This document shows, piece after piece, positions 1 to 15,200 of a stretch of DNA of 64,000 bases (the stretch's first letter is position 1; each line of letters starts with the position of its first letter). The notes beneath the pieces were generated by a model that had not been told where the DNA came from, made no database searches, and was given only the letters and a program-made list of their open reading frames with translations. The DNA lies in the IMG/VR virus record IMGVR_UViG_3300012344_000011, positions 64,001 to 128,000 of that record; one strand, 5' to 3'. A program made the position numbers and the translations under genes. Origin of the DNA: a virus (taxonomy: Duplodnaviria > Caudoviricetes).

Positions 1-260
1 CTTGTATTTGTCAAAGGCTTGCTTCCTGCATAAACTGGGAACTCACTTTTGCCTACCCGCAAAGAAACATTTGCTGCGGTGTTTGCATAACTAAAAGTAA
101 TTGAAATTTGAACACCGTCCAAAGGTGCGACTTCCTTGTCAAACGTACATACTTTGATAGAAGCATTTCCCTCTGTAGCACAGCTACCAGTATAAACGCC
201 AATACCTTGAGCATCTAATTTTCCTTTTGTTACTACTAATGAATTTGACACACTAGCCAT
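1..260 (-). CDS. Tail fibre-like protein, N-terminus (runs off the window)
   Basis: ATG at 260 with AAGGAGGTG SD overlapping the upstream gene end. MASVSNSLVVTKGKLDAQGIGVYTGSCATEGNASIKVV...ISITFSYANTAA resembles tail fibre repeat segments; sits at the end of the tail module. Confidence 0.55.
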   Translation of the reverse strand, partial: MASVSNSLVVTKGKLDAQGIGVYTGSCATEGNASIKVCTFDKEVAPLDGVQISITFSYANTAANVSLRVGKSEFPVYAGSKPLTNT

Positions 261-1125
261 TAGCAAACACCTCCTTTTCTAATGATTCTACTGGGATATT
301 ATCAACAACACAAGAGAATTGTGTAACATCCGATAAAGCACTTTTCAAAAAGCTAAATACTCCAGTTGCATTAGAACTATTTGACATATTCCCATCAATA
401 TTATTTCAAGAAAGTGTATATAATAAAGAAATACTATATTTATTCAAAAAATCTGTTACTTCTTCTTTTATTGATTGACCGTTCCGCAAAAGAGTACATA
501 CTATAGTGATAGTACCATCATCATCTTTGACAAAGCTTCCTTCGTTGCAAACAATATCCACACTATATATACCTTGCGGCACAGTCGCAATATTTATTGT
601 ATTTGTAGCAACTAATTCTTTATAGTCTTTTGAATTATAAATATTGCATAAAATAGAGTCAACATCTGCGGTATAAGAAAAATTCAATGTTCCGTCCTCT
701 TGAAGTAAATTTCCTAAGTCTTCGTTCAGTCTAAAAGATGTTCCATTCTTTATACCAAAAATAACAACATAATAACTGACTGAATCTGTCGCTAACTGTC
801 CATCTTTATATAATTTGATAGAAACAGTTTTCTTTTCTTCTCCTTGACTTAAACTTAACACATATACTGGTTTTTCTATTTTTACAGAGAAGCCTTCTGG
901 TGTTTGCTCAAGAATAGAAGCACTTTTTAAACTTTTCACAAGAGCTGTATAACCATTCTTAGTTTCTGTCAAACTCGTTTGTATATCTTCTAATTGAGAA
1001 TTTAATTCAGCGATAATTTTATTTTGAGAATTAACAGTTGCTTCTAAATCTTGTTTTATAGATGCGCCAGCGATCGGCCGCACTTCACCATTAAGATTGA
1101 TATAAGAAATCTCTCCTGTCGCCAA
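253..1125 (-). CDS. Tail-associated structural protein (TGA at 406 read as Trp)
   Basis: The frame stays open past the TGA at 406 (YTLS-W-NNIDGNMS...) to a TAG at 253 that overlaps the next ATG. Confidence 0.65.
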
Positions 1126-1144
1126 AATATCACTCTCCTTTACA

Positions 1145-1181
1145 AAAAAATAAAGGCGGCTAGGAATAAACCTAACCGCCT
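1145..1181 (-). terminator. Rho-independent terminator
   Basis: AGGCGGTTAGG...CCTAGCCGCCT hairpin followed by a T-run on the minus strand. Confidence 0.6.
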
Positions 1182-1251
1182 ATCTCATTTTAATCATATT
1201 CCTAATTATATTATAAAAAAGAAATAATATAATTATACAAAATTGTCAAAA

Positions 1252-4200
1252 CTATATTCTTCTAGTTGCTTTCGCCGCAGTAATAGACATTTGCTGATTG
1301 ACCGCAAGTGGCAAAGAAATAGTTTTTATTTCATACTTTCCAATAATCCCAGATACAGGTTCTCTAATTTCTACCAAAGTATTTGGCTTTAGATAGAAAA
1401 TAGGTTTAGCAAGAGACATATTTATTTGTTCTTGATAATCTGTATGCGTCATCAGATTATATCTCAAAGTATCATAAGCACCCTTGCTTCCACCGCCAGT
1501 TGAGAAATGAGAATAAATATCACTATTAACTCTTAATGGACTACTATAGCCGTTCGCTTTTAGTAATTCTTCTTCCTCTTGGATGCGGATTCTTTCATCT
1601 TCGTCAACGCTATTTGATACAAAAACAAAACCGAAATCAGGAGGATCTTGCGCAAATAAACAGTTCACTTCATCATCTTTTACAACGATTCTACGGCAGC
1701 CTATATTAGACACACTATATTCCCCCCATTTACTGGTAGACGCATCAAGTATATCTAAGAAATAAGAACCTACAATTCTATTATCAACATATCCTGTGTT
1801 AATAATAAGAGTATCATTTTCATTTTCTGTTTTTCCTTGCGATAAAACCGCACCATCTTTATCTTCTGCAACAAGCTCTACACTTTCTCCATCAATATTT
1901 TTATAAGAAATAACGCTAGAACTTAGACTATTTAGTACAACTTGATCATTAGAATAATAATCATCACTTGTTTTGGTTGCTGTCTTAAAAATTTGTTTCT
2001 TGAGATCATAAATCACAGGCCAATTTGCTAACAGCTCTGCGTAATATTGACTTTGTTCATTACCAACAAAACCACTCTGTAATCCTTCAAGAATGATTTC
2101 TGTTCTTCAATCTTTTGGAATATAGGCATCTAATTCAGTTTGTTGGACTATTGGATTAGCTTCATCTACTGGGAGCTGTTCCATAAGTTTTTTATATGGA
2201 CCTGTGTACCAAGTTGAGTTACAGTTCATAGAAGCTCTGTTTTCATTAGTAGTCTGCTTCATAATTGGAGCAATATTGTCTTTTAAGAAATCAATATAAT
2301 CATATCCGCCCTTCTTATTATCCCCGTCTCCATTATGATAATAATAATGTGTTCATTCAACATCAACAAATTGTTTTTTATTCATGTCCCAGATATAAAA
2401 TTCAGGTTGTTGAACAAAGTAAGTATCTTGAATATAATAAAAATTTGTTCCAGGAACTATTTCAATATTTTCTGCTACACCTATTTTTTCTAACATTTTA
2501 TATCTATCGTATAGCATAGCTAAAAGTAAATCTCTTTGCTGGATAAGACACTCTTTTATTTTTTGTCTTTCTGTCTTAGCTGCTCCAGCTTCATAAAATT
2601 TATCAATATATTTATTTATATATTCAATATATTTTCTAAGTTTTGATAGTGTTTCTTTTACCAAATTAGAAAAATTTCTGTATCCGTCTAAAGTAATTTG
2701 ATGGGTAGGAACAATATAAATATGATCAAAACTGTCTAAACATTTAGATAAATCAACTTGATTCCAATATATGTCTCCAATAGAAGAGGTGAAAGAAGAC
2801 TCATATTCACTATATTTCTTTTTATCAATAATATATAAAACAACTTTATAAGACTCTTTTAGTTCTTGACTCAAAGAAGTATTCTCAATTTGACCAGTTA
2901 ATTTATTAATAAAAGATTCTTCCCACGTAGGGCTTCCATTGAAAAACCTTATTGGATTGCTTATATTGTTTTTATAAAGTTCTAAGAAGAAAGCCTTTAT
3001 TGTTTCTACCAATAAGGTTTCTTTTGAAGCATAAGGATTATCTATAAAAGTATCAATATCACTTCTAATAGATTTTAGTTCACTAGAGCTTGCGGGAGTG
3101 AGGCTATCATATATTGTAGTATTATCTTCTACTGTTATTGATTCTTTGATAGCTCCATCTGCATTTCTAAAGTCAGCAGAAGAGCTTGCTTTTCTTGTTA
3201 CCTTAAGTTCTTTATTAACATCAAGCCTGCCATAGATAACACCAATGTCTCCAACGATTGGAAGTGTTTCAGTGCTTGTTAAGATTTGCGGCGCAGCTAA
3301 AGTATAATTATTAGTAACCGTATCTTTATAAACAAGTATATTTGAATACCCTTTTTCATTTAGTCGCGGTTTATTATCAATTGCAAAATGATAAATAATA
3401 TTGCCGCCATTATTACCACTCTTACCAATTATAACATAATCATTTTTTATATTCTGATATTGAGGAGAGACTGAAAAACTAGTTATATTAGAAGAATCAC
3501 TAAATAAATAAACAACGTCTCCACCAACAGGATCATAAGAATAATCTTCGTCTGAAAAATTTTTTGTCCATTCATAAGTAGACTTAGAAGTATTCAAATA
3601 ATTTTTTATTTCTTGAAAATGAAAAACACCAAACTCATCATAGAAATATTCATAGTTACCTAGCCACTGCTTCAAGGTATCTAGTAATTGCGTGACAGTG
3701 CTACCTGCGTCTAAAGTAAGTTCTTTATCATAAACAAAATCTTCATAAACATATCCTACGTCATATCCACTTTTGAAGCATCTTCCACCATATCTTCCTG
3801 GATTGACTGTCGCTAAATCATCTTGGCGCCGCACTTCATATTGTCTCTCAACTTGATTATTGATAATTACGTCTTGCCAAATTATCCATAAAGGAGTAGA
3901 ATCGCTTCATTTCAAGGCTCGTCTAGCTTTTTCAGGAACGTCATCAACCAAAATATTTGAATATTGTTCACCACCGAAATGATTCACCGCCTCTTGGATA
4001 ATTTGTCTAACAGGAACTTTCTTTTCAACTTGTTGTCCTTTTACAATATCTAGAGTTTGATCAAATCTTGTTGTAGCAGGTAGCATTCCTCCAATAGTAC
4101 CATCTAATAATGAAATTTTATCTTTCAATTTTATAGAAATACTTAGTGCACCAGTGCTAGCAGCTGACATAGAAAATTCAGTTATAATCATTACCCCTTG

Positions 4201-4536
4201 CGGAAACCATAAGATAGGATAATCTTTATAGTTGCCAGTATCGTTCTTTACACCAATTTCTAGGAAAATTTTTTTCCCAATAGAATAGTCAGCTTTTGTT
4301 GTATACATATCATACTCAAAGCCATTTACAGTACAATTCAAAGAACAACTAACGCGGGCAGCGGATGAGCCGTCTTTTGATAACGACCCACCCGTAATAA
4401 CGCCTTCTAAATTTTTTATTTTCTTTTCTGTCTGAAAATCTAATAAAGTAATTTTTACATATCTCTCTTGGAGAAAAATTTTATCAATTTCTTTCAAGAA
4501 ATCTTTATCTTGTAAATATGGATAATGTACTATCAT
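1252..4536 (-). CDS. Tail tip / baseplate hub-like protein (~1,094 aa, 3 TGA=Trp)
   Basis: ORF pieces 3907-4665, 2353-3834 and 1252-2016 share one frame and are separated only by TGA (3907, 2353, 2107). AGGAGG SD before the ATG at 4536. C-terminal PIFYLKPNTLVEIRE...GKYEIKTISLPL is hub-like. Confidence 0.7.
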
Positions 4537-7500
4537 TTCCATTCCCCTCCTTGTAAATTCCAAGAGAAACAAGATTGTTATAGTTACAATCTGCAATTTC
4601 ATACATTGTTGCAGAGAACTCATATAATCTTCTGCTAAGCCGCGCTTCCGCGGATAGAGAAACATTGTTTAAGATAACGACTAGGTTACCCTCAGTTCCA
4701 CTTCTAAATAGTTTAGGTTGACCATCATTTAGCCAAGCTAAAACCTGCTCTCTAAATTCTCTTTCAATTGCCCATCTATCTTCCATAGGAACAACATTAT
4801 AGTCAAGATGTTTAGCAGCGTCGTCAAGTGAAATATAAGGATAATGCGGCGAGTGGTCCTCTTTTGTGCAATTGTTTATTTTTGAAATTAGTGTTTTGCA
4901 GTATCCTTCTCCTAGTAAATCACTAATAGATAAGAATTTATTTGATAAGTTATCGTCAAAAGAAATTAGTCCAGTAATACCAATTTGTTTATATTTTAGA
5001 GTTCCATTTTTAGTAAACACTGGATATTTACCACCAATTGTTTCAACCATTGATCGTCCGACTTTACTTGTAAAGTTGTTTATCTTGAAGTTATAACTTA
5101 GTTTCAAAATTCTATTTCCTCTAAGCAAAGTAGCATTATAAAAATTATTTGAAACATTATTTATCTGCTTTACTTCGCCCGCTTCTTGCGCTCCAGAAGA
5201 AAGTTGAACAGCATATGTATAATCAATACCACTTTTTAGAATAGGATCAAAGAAATAATAGTCTTGATTTCCATCCTCTTTCTTAGGAACAATAGATCTT
5301 TTGTTCACTTTCAACCATGTGCTATAATTATCTTCAGAGCTTGCTTTGAAAACATCAAAGCTAATAGTTTTATTCTCATCTATCAAATTAGAACCATTGA
5401 TAGAAACTCTTAAAGTATTGTAGCCATATTCTTCTTCAACTTCATCTATTGAAAATCCATTAACGAATAATTCATTGAAACCAGCATTGTTTGACGGATG
5501 ATAATAATCATTGATATGAATTTGATCTACTTGTTCACCAGAGTACCCATTCTTTGTTGTGTATCTCCAACGAACAGAACAATCTGAATTAGGAAGTCCG
5601 TCTTTTGTAAAATCAAAATACTGCATTAGTCCATTGACTTTATATCCAGACAAAAGATTGTCTTTAGGATTTTTATCAGCGTCACCCGCAAGAACAACTT
5701 TATTATTTTTCAATATATCAATAGTAAAACTTTCTACATAATCATCAACTTCATTTTCGTTGATGGTCTTTCCAGTGAGAATGTCATAGAAAGTTAGTTT
5801 GCCACCAATGAAACTATTTATTTTAGGTCCAAAACCATCTGAAGGAAAGCTAGTAATTACGCGGCAAGGTGGAATTGGTTTGATAAGTGTAGCACTTGAC
5901 CATTCACTAAAATTATCTCTACTTGAAACCAAATATTTATTCAATTCTTCTATATCTGTTAGAGTTGAAAATTGATCATTTGTAAGAACAGTCGCGTCAA
6001 ATCTTAATTGAATTTTATAAAGCTTATGTTGGAATTGCTTATCGACAATTTTATTTACTGGTAAAGTAACAGTGCCAATATAAGTATTTTCATCAAAGCT
6101 AGTGTTCTCCCAGGGAACAAGAAGAACCTTCGCTCCATCCACAAGAACAGACTCGTTGGTTAGTTGATCAACAACAGACATTTGAATATACTTGATATTT
6201 TTTATTTTATCATCATTATATTCTGGCATAGTATATTCAATCACAGCATCTTCATTCCATATATTAGACTTTTGATATGTCTCAACTAAAGGAGGATATA
6301 ACTTATCGTGTTCTGCTGCATTATTATTTTCCCAAACAGCATAAAGAACTAAATCTTCATTTTTTGTATATTCTTTTGCACCGTCAGCATATTTATAGAA
6401 TGTTCCTTCTCCATATAGATTTGTTGTCCATCCTAAGAAAGTATACCCAAGTCTCTTGGGAATTTCTTTATCTTTATTAAAAATTGTATAGGTTTCATTT
6501 CTGTTCTTGAGATCAACTAGTGTTGTAAGACCATATCCACCATTTAGTATATATGTGATAGTGTTTACTTGTTTTTCCCAAATTGGGTAAAAGATTATAT
6601 TTTTATTAGTACCTTCGTCAAGTTGAATTTTTTGGCTACTATCTAGTGGAATCAAAAACTTCTTATCAGTATTGTCACTCTCTCTCAAATTATTAGTAAT
6701 CCAACCTGTGAAAACATAGCCCTCTTTTGTTGCCCAATCTTCGGGGAGAGTTGTTCTTATTGCATAAACAGTGCCAGTGTGTTTTTTGTCAGTTACAGAC
6801 TTTGCGGAGCTGCTTCTATTTTCTCTATAAGTAATATTGAATCCAACGTGTTCAAGTATTAGAGGAATTTCTTGTAAGAAAGCACTATAGTTTTCTGTCT
6901 CAGGCTGAGATGCAATTATTGTAATTTCTTTAGAATCTGTAGAAGTTGAGCCTGCTGGATGTGGATTATTCCATATACATCTAATCTCATTTAGATTATA
7001 AGTATTTTGCGTAGATCCAAGAACTTTTTCAATAGAGATATTTTCTTTGTCATTATTCTCTTCTGTGTCATCATTCTTGGCTGCAAAAGTTAGTTTATCA
7101 ATGTCTCCTACATATGTAAAAAAGAAAGTTTCTTCACACGGATTATTACTACAAGGAATAACCCACCTACTTTGATTTAGAGTTAGTGAAGGCTGTTTCT
7201 TTACAACATTTACACGGTAAACAATTGACTTGTGAGTTGGATCGTTGTCAGGAATATCATTTCTACTTATATAGTTACCATTTGGGTCTTCAGGAATTTT
7301 AATTTTTAAGTAGTGATTGTCTCCAAGTTTTCTTCCAAGTATATAAAATTTCTTTTCGTTAGTAATACCTCCAAGTTTATATTCTATATACTTGTCTTGC
7401 GATCAAGTGGTTTCTCCTTTTTCATTTATTTCTTTTGTAACGAGTCCTATCCGATCTATTTTAACAGGAGAATCTAAAAGATATTTGAAACTTACCCAAT

Positions 7501-9244
7501 TTTCTTCAGTACCTAAACTAATCGGAACAGTTAGTCTATTTTTATCATCTAAACGTCCGCTTGTTTCATCTGTATTATCAATACGAAAGTTTGGATCTTT
7601 AATTCCAGTATATTTTGCAACTAACTTAATATTTGATTCTGTAAAGAAATATTCATCTACATCTCAGCATAAGCAAGGTTTTCCAGCAATACTGGCTTTC
7701 TTTGATACACAAACTTCACTATCACCATTTTTATAATAGAAACCATTGAACTTATATCCCTTTTTATAAACATCATCAAATGTAATAGCTTGTCCATTAG
7801 CTTGGATCTCTGTATCTTTGCCACCAAAGCACCAGGTGCTATCTCCATTAGGAGGATTTTTTTGTAAATTCAAAAGTTCTTCAGGCTTTACGTTTGAATA
7901 AGTCTCAGGAAGTTTATATCCTTTGAGTCCATAAAAGAGAGTGCACTTACGATCATTCTTTTGTTCATCATATAATGGAGTACCATTATCTTTATAAAAA
8001 GAAATAGTAATTTTTATTGGTTCAAATAATGCGGAGAAAGTAAGTTCTGTAGAACCAACTTTTCCAGGCTCATTACATTTTTTTAACTCTTCACTAAAAG
8101 TTCCAAAGCCTTTTAGTGCAATAGATTTGTTTGTAGCATTAGGATCAAACCACCAAGGATCAAAAAAATTCCTCTTTATTTCTGGTTTGACATTTGTCCA
8201 GCCTTCTCCATTTTCAAGTTTTTCCGCAAGAAAACCCTCACCTTTACTATAAACATTATTATAAAAATTCTTTGCTATCGTTTTATCATATGGGGGAGTA
8301 AAAGGAAGACGAGGATCTATTTCTTTTTTCTTACCTTCTGGTGCGTGAGCAGGAGCAACATCAGTAAACATACCTGCTCCATAAGAATAGACTCTTCAAC
8401 CAACTAAATTATGTCCAGGTTTTCTATAAATATTTCCTCTACAAATATAGATATTATTTTCAGGATGGTCTTTATTTGTGTCCCAATATGAGTCTTGAAC
8501 AGGATATTCTTTGTTTGCAGTTAAATTTTCCCAGCTTGACGTTTCTTTTACACGATAATCAATGATGCCAGAAGATTTTGTATTATATTTTAGTCCAAAA
8601 GTCCAGTTGAAATCTATATTATCTATTTTTTCTTCTTTTTGTGCACCGTAATAAACTTCCATCCCAGTTCAATCTATGTGCAATAATAAAACACCAAGTT
8701 CAGAATAATCTTTTAATGCTTCTTCTGTTCAGCCTTCGTGATACTTGTTCTTAATAGTATTAACTACTCTAGAATATTCTCTCTGATAAAAGCCATCAAC
8801 AATATTCCACCCACTATAACTATTTGCACCAATATAATCTCCACTCCAAGGAACATCACCTTTTACTGAATCAAAAATTTCAGTACCTCTTCTATCATTA
8901 TACCGATGAAATAATTTATCTTCATAGTCTGGATCATAAGATAATACTTCATTTAGCATTCCAGTATCCGCTTGAGAATAAAATTTATTATATCTATAAA
9001 TTCTTAAATTGACGGATATTTTTTTCTTAGATAAATAGGTACAATTCCAAGTAACTTTTATCTTTATAAGATCATCTTTATCTTTTTCTGTTTCTGAAGA
9101 TAATACTCATTTATATTCCGGACTCGCATTTGGTTGTCGTTTGCAGCCAATTATAATGCTATTATCTTTGGAAAGGGTATAATGACCCTTTCCAATATCA
9201 TCAAGTATTCTTTCTTTTGGATCTAACTCTGTTTGATCTGCCAA
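4505..9244 (-). CDS. Large tail protein with InlB-B/Flg_new-like repeats (~1,579 aa, 6 TGA=Trp)
   Basis: TTG start at 9244 after AAGGAGGT. One frame through TGA at 9107, 8729, 8669, 8396, 7664 and 7403. Repeats ITYILNGG..PKRLGYTFLGW..LYAVW and KEGYVFTGW..FYPIW. Confidence 0.7.
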
Positions 9245-9258
9245 TTCAATACCTCCTT

Positions 9259-12200
9259 TTAACTCTCTGTTTTCACTAAATTGATCAATTTAGTAATTTG
9301 TTCTTTTGTCAAACTGCTAAAAAGACTATCCATTTTAGATAACAGTTCAACATCAAAAACAAAATGATAATTTTCAACTGTAAATTTTATTTGATTCTGT
9401 TCAATATCAATTCCAGTCCAGGTAGGAGGAATTGGTGAAAGTTGATCTATTATTTTGTTGGTGTTGAATAGAGAAAGCTTTATTTCTTTGCCACTCAATA
9501 AGTGTAAAGCATTTTCTTCATTCTTCCCACCAGTAATATAAGTTGTGCCTTCATTTCCAAATATTTTTCCAATAGCAACTTGATCTGAATCAATCTCAAT
9601 ACCATTGCCATAAAAATAATTGAATGCAGAAATTGGTCCAATTTTACTCAAAGTCTTTTTCTGTGAGGCACCACTTGTATAAAAGCGTCCTTTTTCATCT
9701 AGACCAACTTTTATATATTCTTTACTTGCACTATATTCAGAAAATTCGCTTAAAAGAATTTCTTTAGTTCCAGTTATTTTTGAATAATCAAAACCTCTTA
9801 AATATTTTACATAAGTTAGTTCTTCACTATCTAGCTTTTCTAAATCAATTACAGGAATAACTGTTTTATTTTTTAAGTCCTCATACTTATAAATCTTTAA
9901 GCTTGGAATTTTATTTCCATTCAAAAAAGTTTCTGTAATAGGTTCTGCTTGAATCGTTCCAAGAGAACCATAAGTGCAGCATAGAGTGTCTGCATCTTGC
10001 GGGACTGACGTATAAGAATTTCCAGGCATGTCTATAACTATTTTTAAAAGAGTATCATTCAAAGGTTTAAAATAATAATCAGTAATTATGTATTGCGGGT
10101 TTGCTGAAAATTTTAAAGATTCAACCGTTGCCGCATTATCATAAAAAACAAAATTCCAATTATAACCTGCATTAGCATAATTTTGTGTGCTAAACTCAAC
10201 TGTTTCAATACCGCCTGCTGCGACTTGACAAATTTGAGAATTTTTTACTACTTGATTATTTACTACACAGTAGCCAACAACAGAGAAGCTCTTTGTTGGA
10301 CTAGTATTTGTAATAATCATTCTCTGTCCGCCAAAAGATATTTTGTATTGTAAACCATTATCTTTATTGGCGTAGAGTATAGATTTTCTAAAATCACCAT
10401 ACTGACCAACTTCTTGATAGTTCAATATTTCTGAAAGTATTTCTGGTAAAATAGTATCTCTATAGATTTTTCCTTTTATGCAATAAGCACATTTATATTT
10501 ATAAGAATAATTTTCTGAGAAGAGTGGCTGAATATAAAGTCCTATAGTCTTATCTTTTGGAATTGTTTTTCCACCACTAAAAACAATTTGATTGATTGGA
10601 CCATCTGATAGCTTGTAAACTTTTGATGTAACTAAAAGCTCAGAAGGCTCTTTTTCAGTTGGTTCGGTCATCAAAGAAAATTCAAAATTTATATCACTAA
10701 TCAGAGAAGAAATAGTAAGCGGTTGAGAAATAGTAAGTTCCGTTGTTTCATCTGACAAACTAAACTTGTATAATAAAATTTGTTTATTATTATTATTTGC
10801 TTCCCAAGTTTTTGGTGTATTACTTTCAGCATAACCTATTTTACAATCAAAGAAGTTATCTGTATTTTCTGCTTTTATTGTAGAAACAAGGCTAGAACCA
10901 TCTTCACTCGTTTCAGAATAAGTTACATTCTCAGTACCTTCAATAGTATAGTTTGATAAAGTAACTTCACCAGTTAGATGATTCAATGAAATTGTTGGAG
11001 AAGGAGCAGTTCATTGTTCACTTTCTGCTTTGATAATTTTTGCACCATCTTCGCCAAAAGAATTTATAGTATCATTTTTTATAACAAAATTCTTGTTGGT
11101 ATAATATGGTACATAATTATTTTCAGAGCCTTTCTTGATTCTATAAACAACAAAAACTCTATTACTTTCACCTTTGTCATTTCCATTTTCATCTGTATCA
11201 TTTGGCTCATAAAGTTTATTAATATCAAAGTTACCATAAGCAACTTTCTTAACACCATCAGAGGTTTTCATATAAGTGCCGCAATATAAACCATCCATAT
11301 CATCAGCATCAATACTATCAGTATATTGAACAATCGAGAAAAGAGATTTATTATTTGGGTCAAGCTTCAATTCTAAACTATCTCCAATAGCAATAGGATC
11401 ATAGCCATCTGCGGTTCTATGATTAATCGTACTAAGATATTTTGCATCAATTGGTTGTCCTTTGATATGAATATAAGGATTATTTGAACTCAAGATAATG
11501 CCGCAATCTTCATTTGCTATTGACATTCTTTTCTTATTGTCAGAGAATCGTGAATCAGAATCTTCTTTAAGATGTAATACACCAGAAGTTGTATTGTATA
11601 ATAAATTCTCACCTATATGCCAATTTGCAATAGTGCTAGTTCCATTTGGAATCAACTCAATTTTAGCACCATCACGAGTACCAAGAATTGTATTGCCAGT
11701 TTTAGCATCCATAAAAATTGATTGCTTACCTTTACTGAAACCCATCAAGCCAATTTTATCTTCTTTTTCTGAATCACTTGATAAAGTTCCCATAACCAAA
11801 CCAGTAAAAGTATTCGTTACATCATCTTTTTTACCAGCACCTATTTGCGGCGATAGTATATATCCACCATCTTCATTAATATCTATTCCAACTCCATCTC
11901 AACCATTGATAGAAGCTAAAGAATAAACATTAGAAGTGAAACAAATTGGAACAACAAGCTCCGCAATTTGTTCATTTTTATCATCTAAGATTTTTATACT
12001 GATATTATTATTTGAATAATTAGCATCAAAAATTTCGTTAGGAATAACGTATATTTCTGATATAACCTCTTCATTATTTTCTTCTTTGAAAAACTGTGAT
12101 AATACTCCAATATCAGCTAAACCTAAGTTATATTGCTCAGTTTTTTCTATGAAATAGAAAGCACAATTCTTAATCAATACATCGTGCTCGTTTAATAGTT

Positions 12201-15200
12201 CTAATAAAGACTTTTCTTTTTCATCATCTTTTTTTAACTGACTTTTTATATTTTCTATCTTTGCTCGATAATAATCTAACTGTTGTTTTACAATAGGATA
12301 ATTATTCTCATTATCGTTATTCTCTTCTACTATTCCATTAAATTTTTCAAAAAGTTCTGTGCAAAGAAAATAACTTTTTATTTTTTCTATAACAACTTTT
12401 TCTCCATAAGCAAGTTCATCCTTACCAATGTTGACAGCTAACAGAGAAGTCTGTCCATTATTGATATATTTTCTTAGTTGATCTATACTATCAACACTTG
12501 CCCTGTTATAAGAAATACCTAATTTACCTATATATTCAGAGCTTTCTTTATAGCTTGTCATCGTAGTAGAAAATTGATTTCTAATATTCTGTAATATATT
12601 ATTTATTTTTTCAATTTCATTATATTCTGTCTCAATTTCATTTATCAAATCATTATATTGATTGTATATATCTGAAACAGAAATGTTTGACCATTTGAAA
12701 GCATTTTGTAAATAGAACTCTTGATATATCTTCTGAAGAAGGTCTCTTACAGTAGAAATCAAATCAGAAATATTTTTCTTTGAAGACAATAATTCTTTGA
12801 ATTGTTCATTTATTCTTTCACAATTTTGACTATCATCTTTCGCGATAATATTCTTGATACTGTTAATAAAATTATTGGCATTCTCTGCAATGTTGTCTAA
12901 TTGAAGTTTTGTCCCGCCTTGTTTGCTATTTTTTGTAAAAGATATAGTAAAGTTTGGTCTTAAATAGCTTCCAGATTCTATTGGACCACTTTCAACGCTC
13001 CAAATAATTTTACTATTATTGAATAAATTTTTATTCATTTTTAGCGCAACTCCAATAGAACTGTTGAATTGCGGGTTAGCATTGTCCGCATCATAAATAA
13101 TATAATTTAGTGTTTTAGAATTTACTAAATTGATTGGAGTACTCGAATAATTATAACCAAGGGAATATTTCAAAACAGGAATATTATAATAATTATAATA
13201 TTTCTTTCCATCAAATTTTATTTCACCTTTTACTGTTTGATAATTATAGAAAGCTCCACTTGCATTGTTCTTTGTAATTGCACCGGTTTCTTTCTTAATA
13301 TCAAATTCTTTTACAGTTTGCGGCGAACCTTTTCCAAGAAAAGACCAAGTTTTAGAAAAATTCTCTGAAATGGGCTGAGTGTTTTGATATAAAGACATTT
13401 TTAGTGAAGTAAAATCAATAGAAGCATTTACATATAAACCATTGTTATCTTTTATATTCCATATGTCGCCATCTTCTTGTTCGATGAAGCATAATTTGTT
13501 ATCATCTTCAGGAGAAAAGATTGGACTAATTTTTGCAACAAAGTTTGTTCCATTTGTGCCAGGCTCACCAACTTTGCCAAAATAAAAATTAGTATCAGCT
13601 TTATAAATACTATCTTTGTAAACTACTGTTGCAGTAATAACATTGTCAGTAGCTTCCATGTCATATTTTTCTTCAATTTGAAGAGGAAGAATTTTTCCAT
13701 AGAATCTATTTTCATTTATGTTGTAGTCTGGTTTTTTGATCAAGCTTTTTCCTTGCGGCAGCTCCCAATAGTAAGTGACATCATCTAGAGACATTGGCTC
13801 ATTAGTAGTAGGATCTCTAAATTCAATTTCAAGATTCTTTATTTCGAGTGGAGTCTTTTTCTTATCACTCGCGGGAGACATACCATTTTCATCATATTGA
13901 AAAACTTGATTTCCATTCTTAATAAAGACATAAGAATTTATTGATAGATTTGCCAAATTATTTGTTAGTGTAATTGAAGCAGAACCCCGCAAGCTATCAT
14001 TCCTATAAACTTGACAACAATATTCTACATTTTCAGGTTTGACTTTTAAAATATTTCCATTTACACCTTTTATAAAACTAATTCCTTCTACCTGAGAAAT
14101 TAGTCTTGCATAATCTGCTCTAATAAGACTTTTATCTGAAACAGTTGTAGCTGCATCTAATTTAACTTTTTGTTCATTTTCTAGCTCTTCTTTTGTTTTT
14201 TCTAAGAGACAATATTCACCATTATCGTCTCTCTTGGACCACACAAAACTAAATTCTGTGTCAGAGACATTATCTTCAAAAGAAGAGTCTTTGTCATTAA
14301 TATAACAAGTCAGTATTGGAGAACCATTACTTATATAGAAATTAGTGCCTTGACTACTTTTAATAGTAATATTATAACTATTAAAATTATTATAAACATT
14401 TATTGTATTAGCAATAGCTTTATTTTCATCGCAGACACAAACACACTTAATAGTATTTGTATTACTCTTACAATCATCAATGTTTAGAATAATTGTTTTT
14501 TCTTCTTGATTAATTTTTCTATAACCAGAGCCAAGCCGCCCATTATAATCTACACTCTTGGAATTTATAGATACATCATTGATTCCCCAAATATATTGAT
14601 TACAATTAGTTTCTTTATGATCTTTGAAAACATTTGCGGTCAATGTAATTTTATCATCTATTTTTTCAAAGGAATTTCCATTAGGAGAAGTAATTGAAAC
14701 ACAATATCCATCTTGATCAGAAGTCATCTTTGATAAAGCATATAATTCTAAATTATTGAATTTGACATATCCATAATCATCTTTTGTATCTTTTGTTACA
14801 AATCCAGAAGTATAAAGTAAAATACTTTGAATATAATTGAACTTAACACCTTCAAAATTAAAAATTGCATATTGAGAAGAGCCATTATAGAATTTCATTG
14901 GATTACCAAGCATCTTTTCAGTGTTTAGAATATATGAAACATTAGATGTATTTTCTCCAATAGAGACATTCATAGTAATGATAATACCATAATCACCACT
15001 TGCGTTTGTTGCTAGATTTGTTAAGAAATTTGCTTTTATCAAAATAGAATCTGCATCATTCAAATTGTTTGTAAAAGACTTTTCATCTACGTCTACCCAA
15101 ATAGGATTAGTATCTTCTTCGTCTCTATCTTTTTTATAACAAAAATTATAATTAGAAACTTTGTTACAATATAAAATTGAAGGGAAAGCAGTATAACTTC

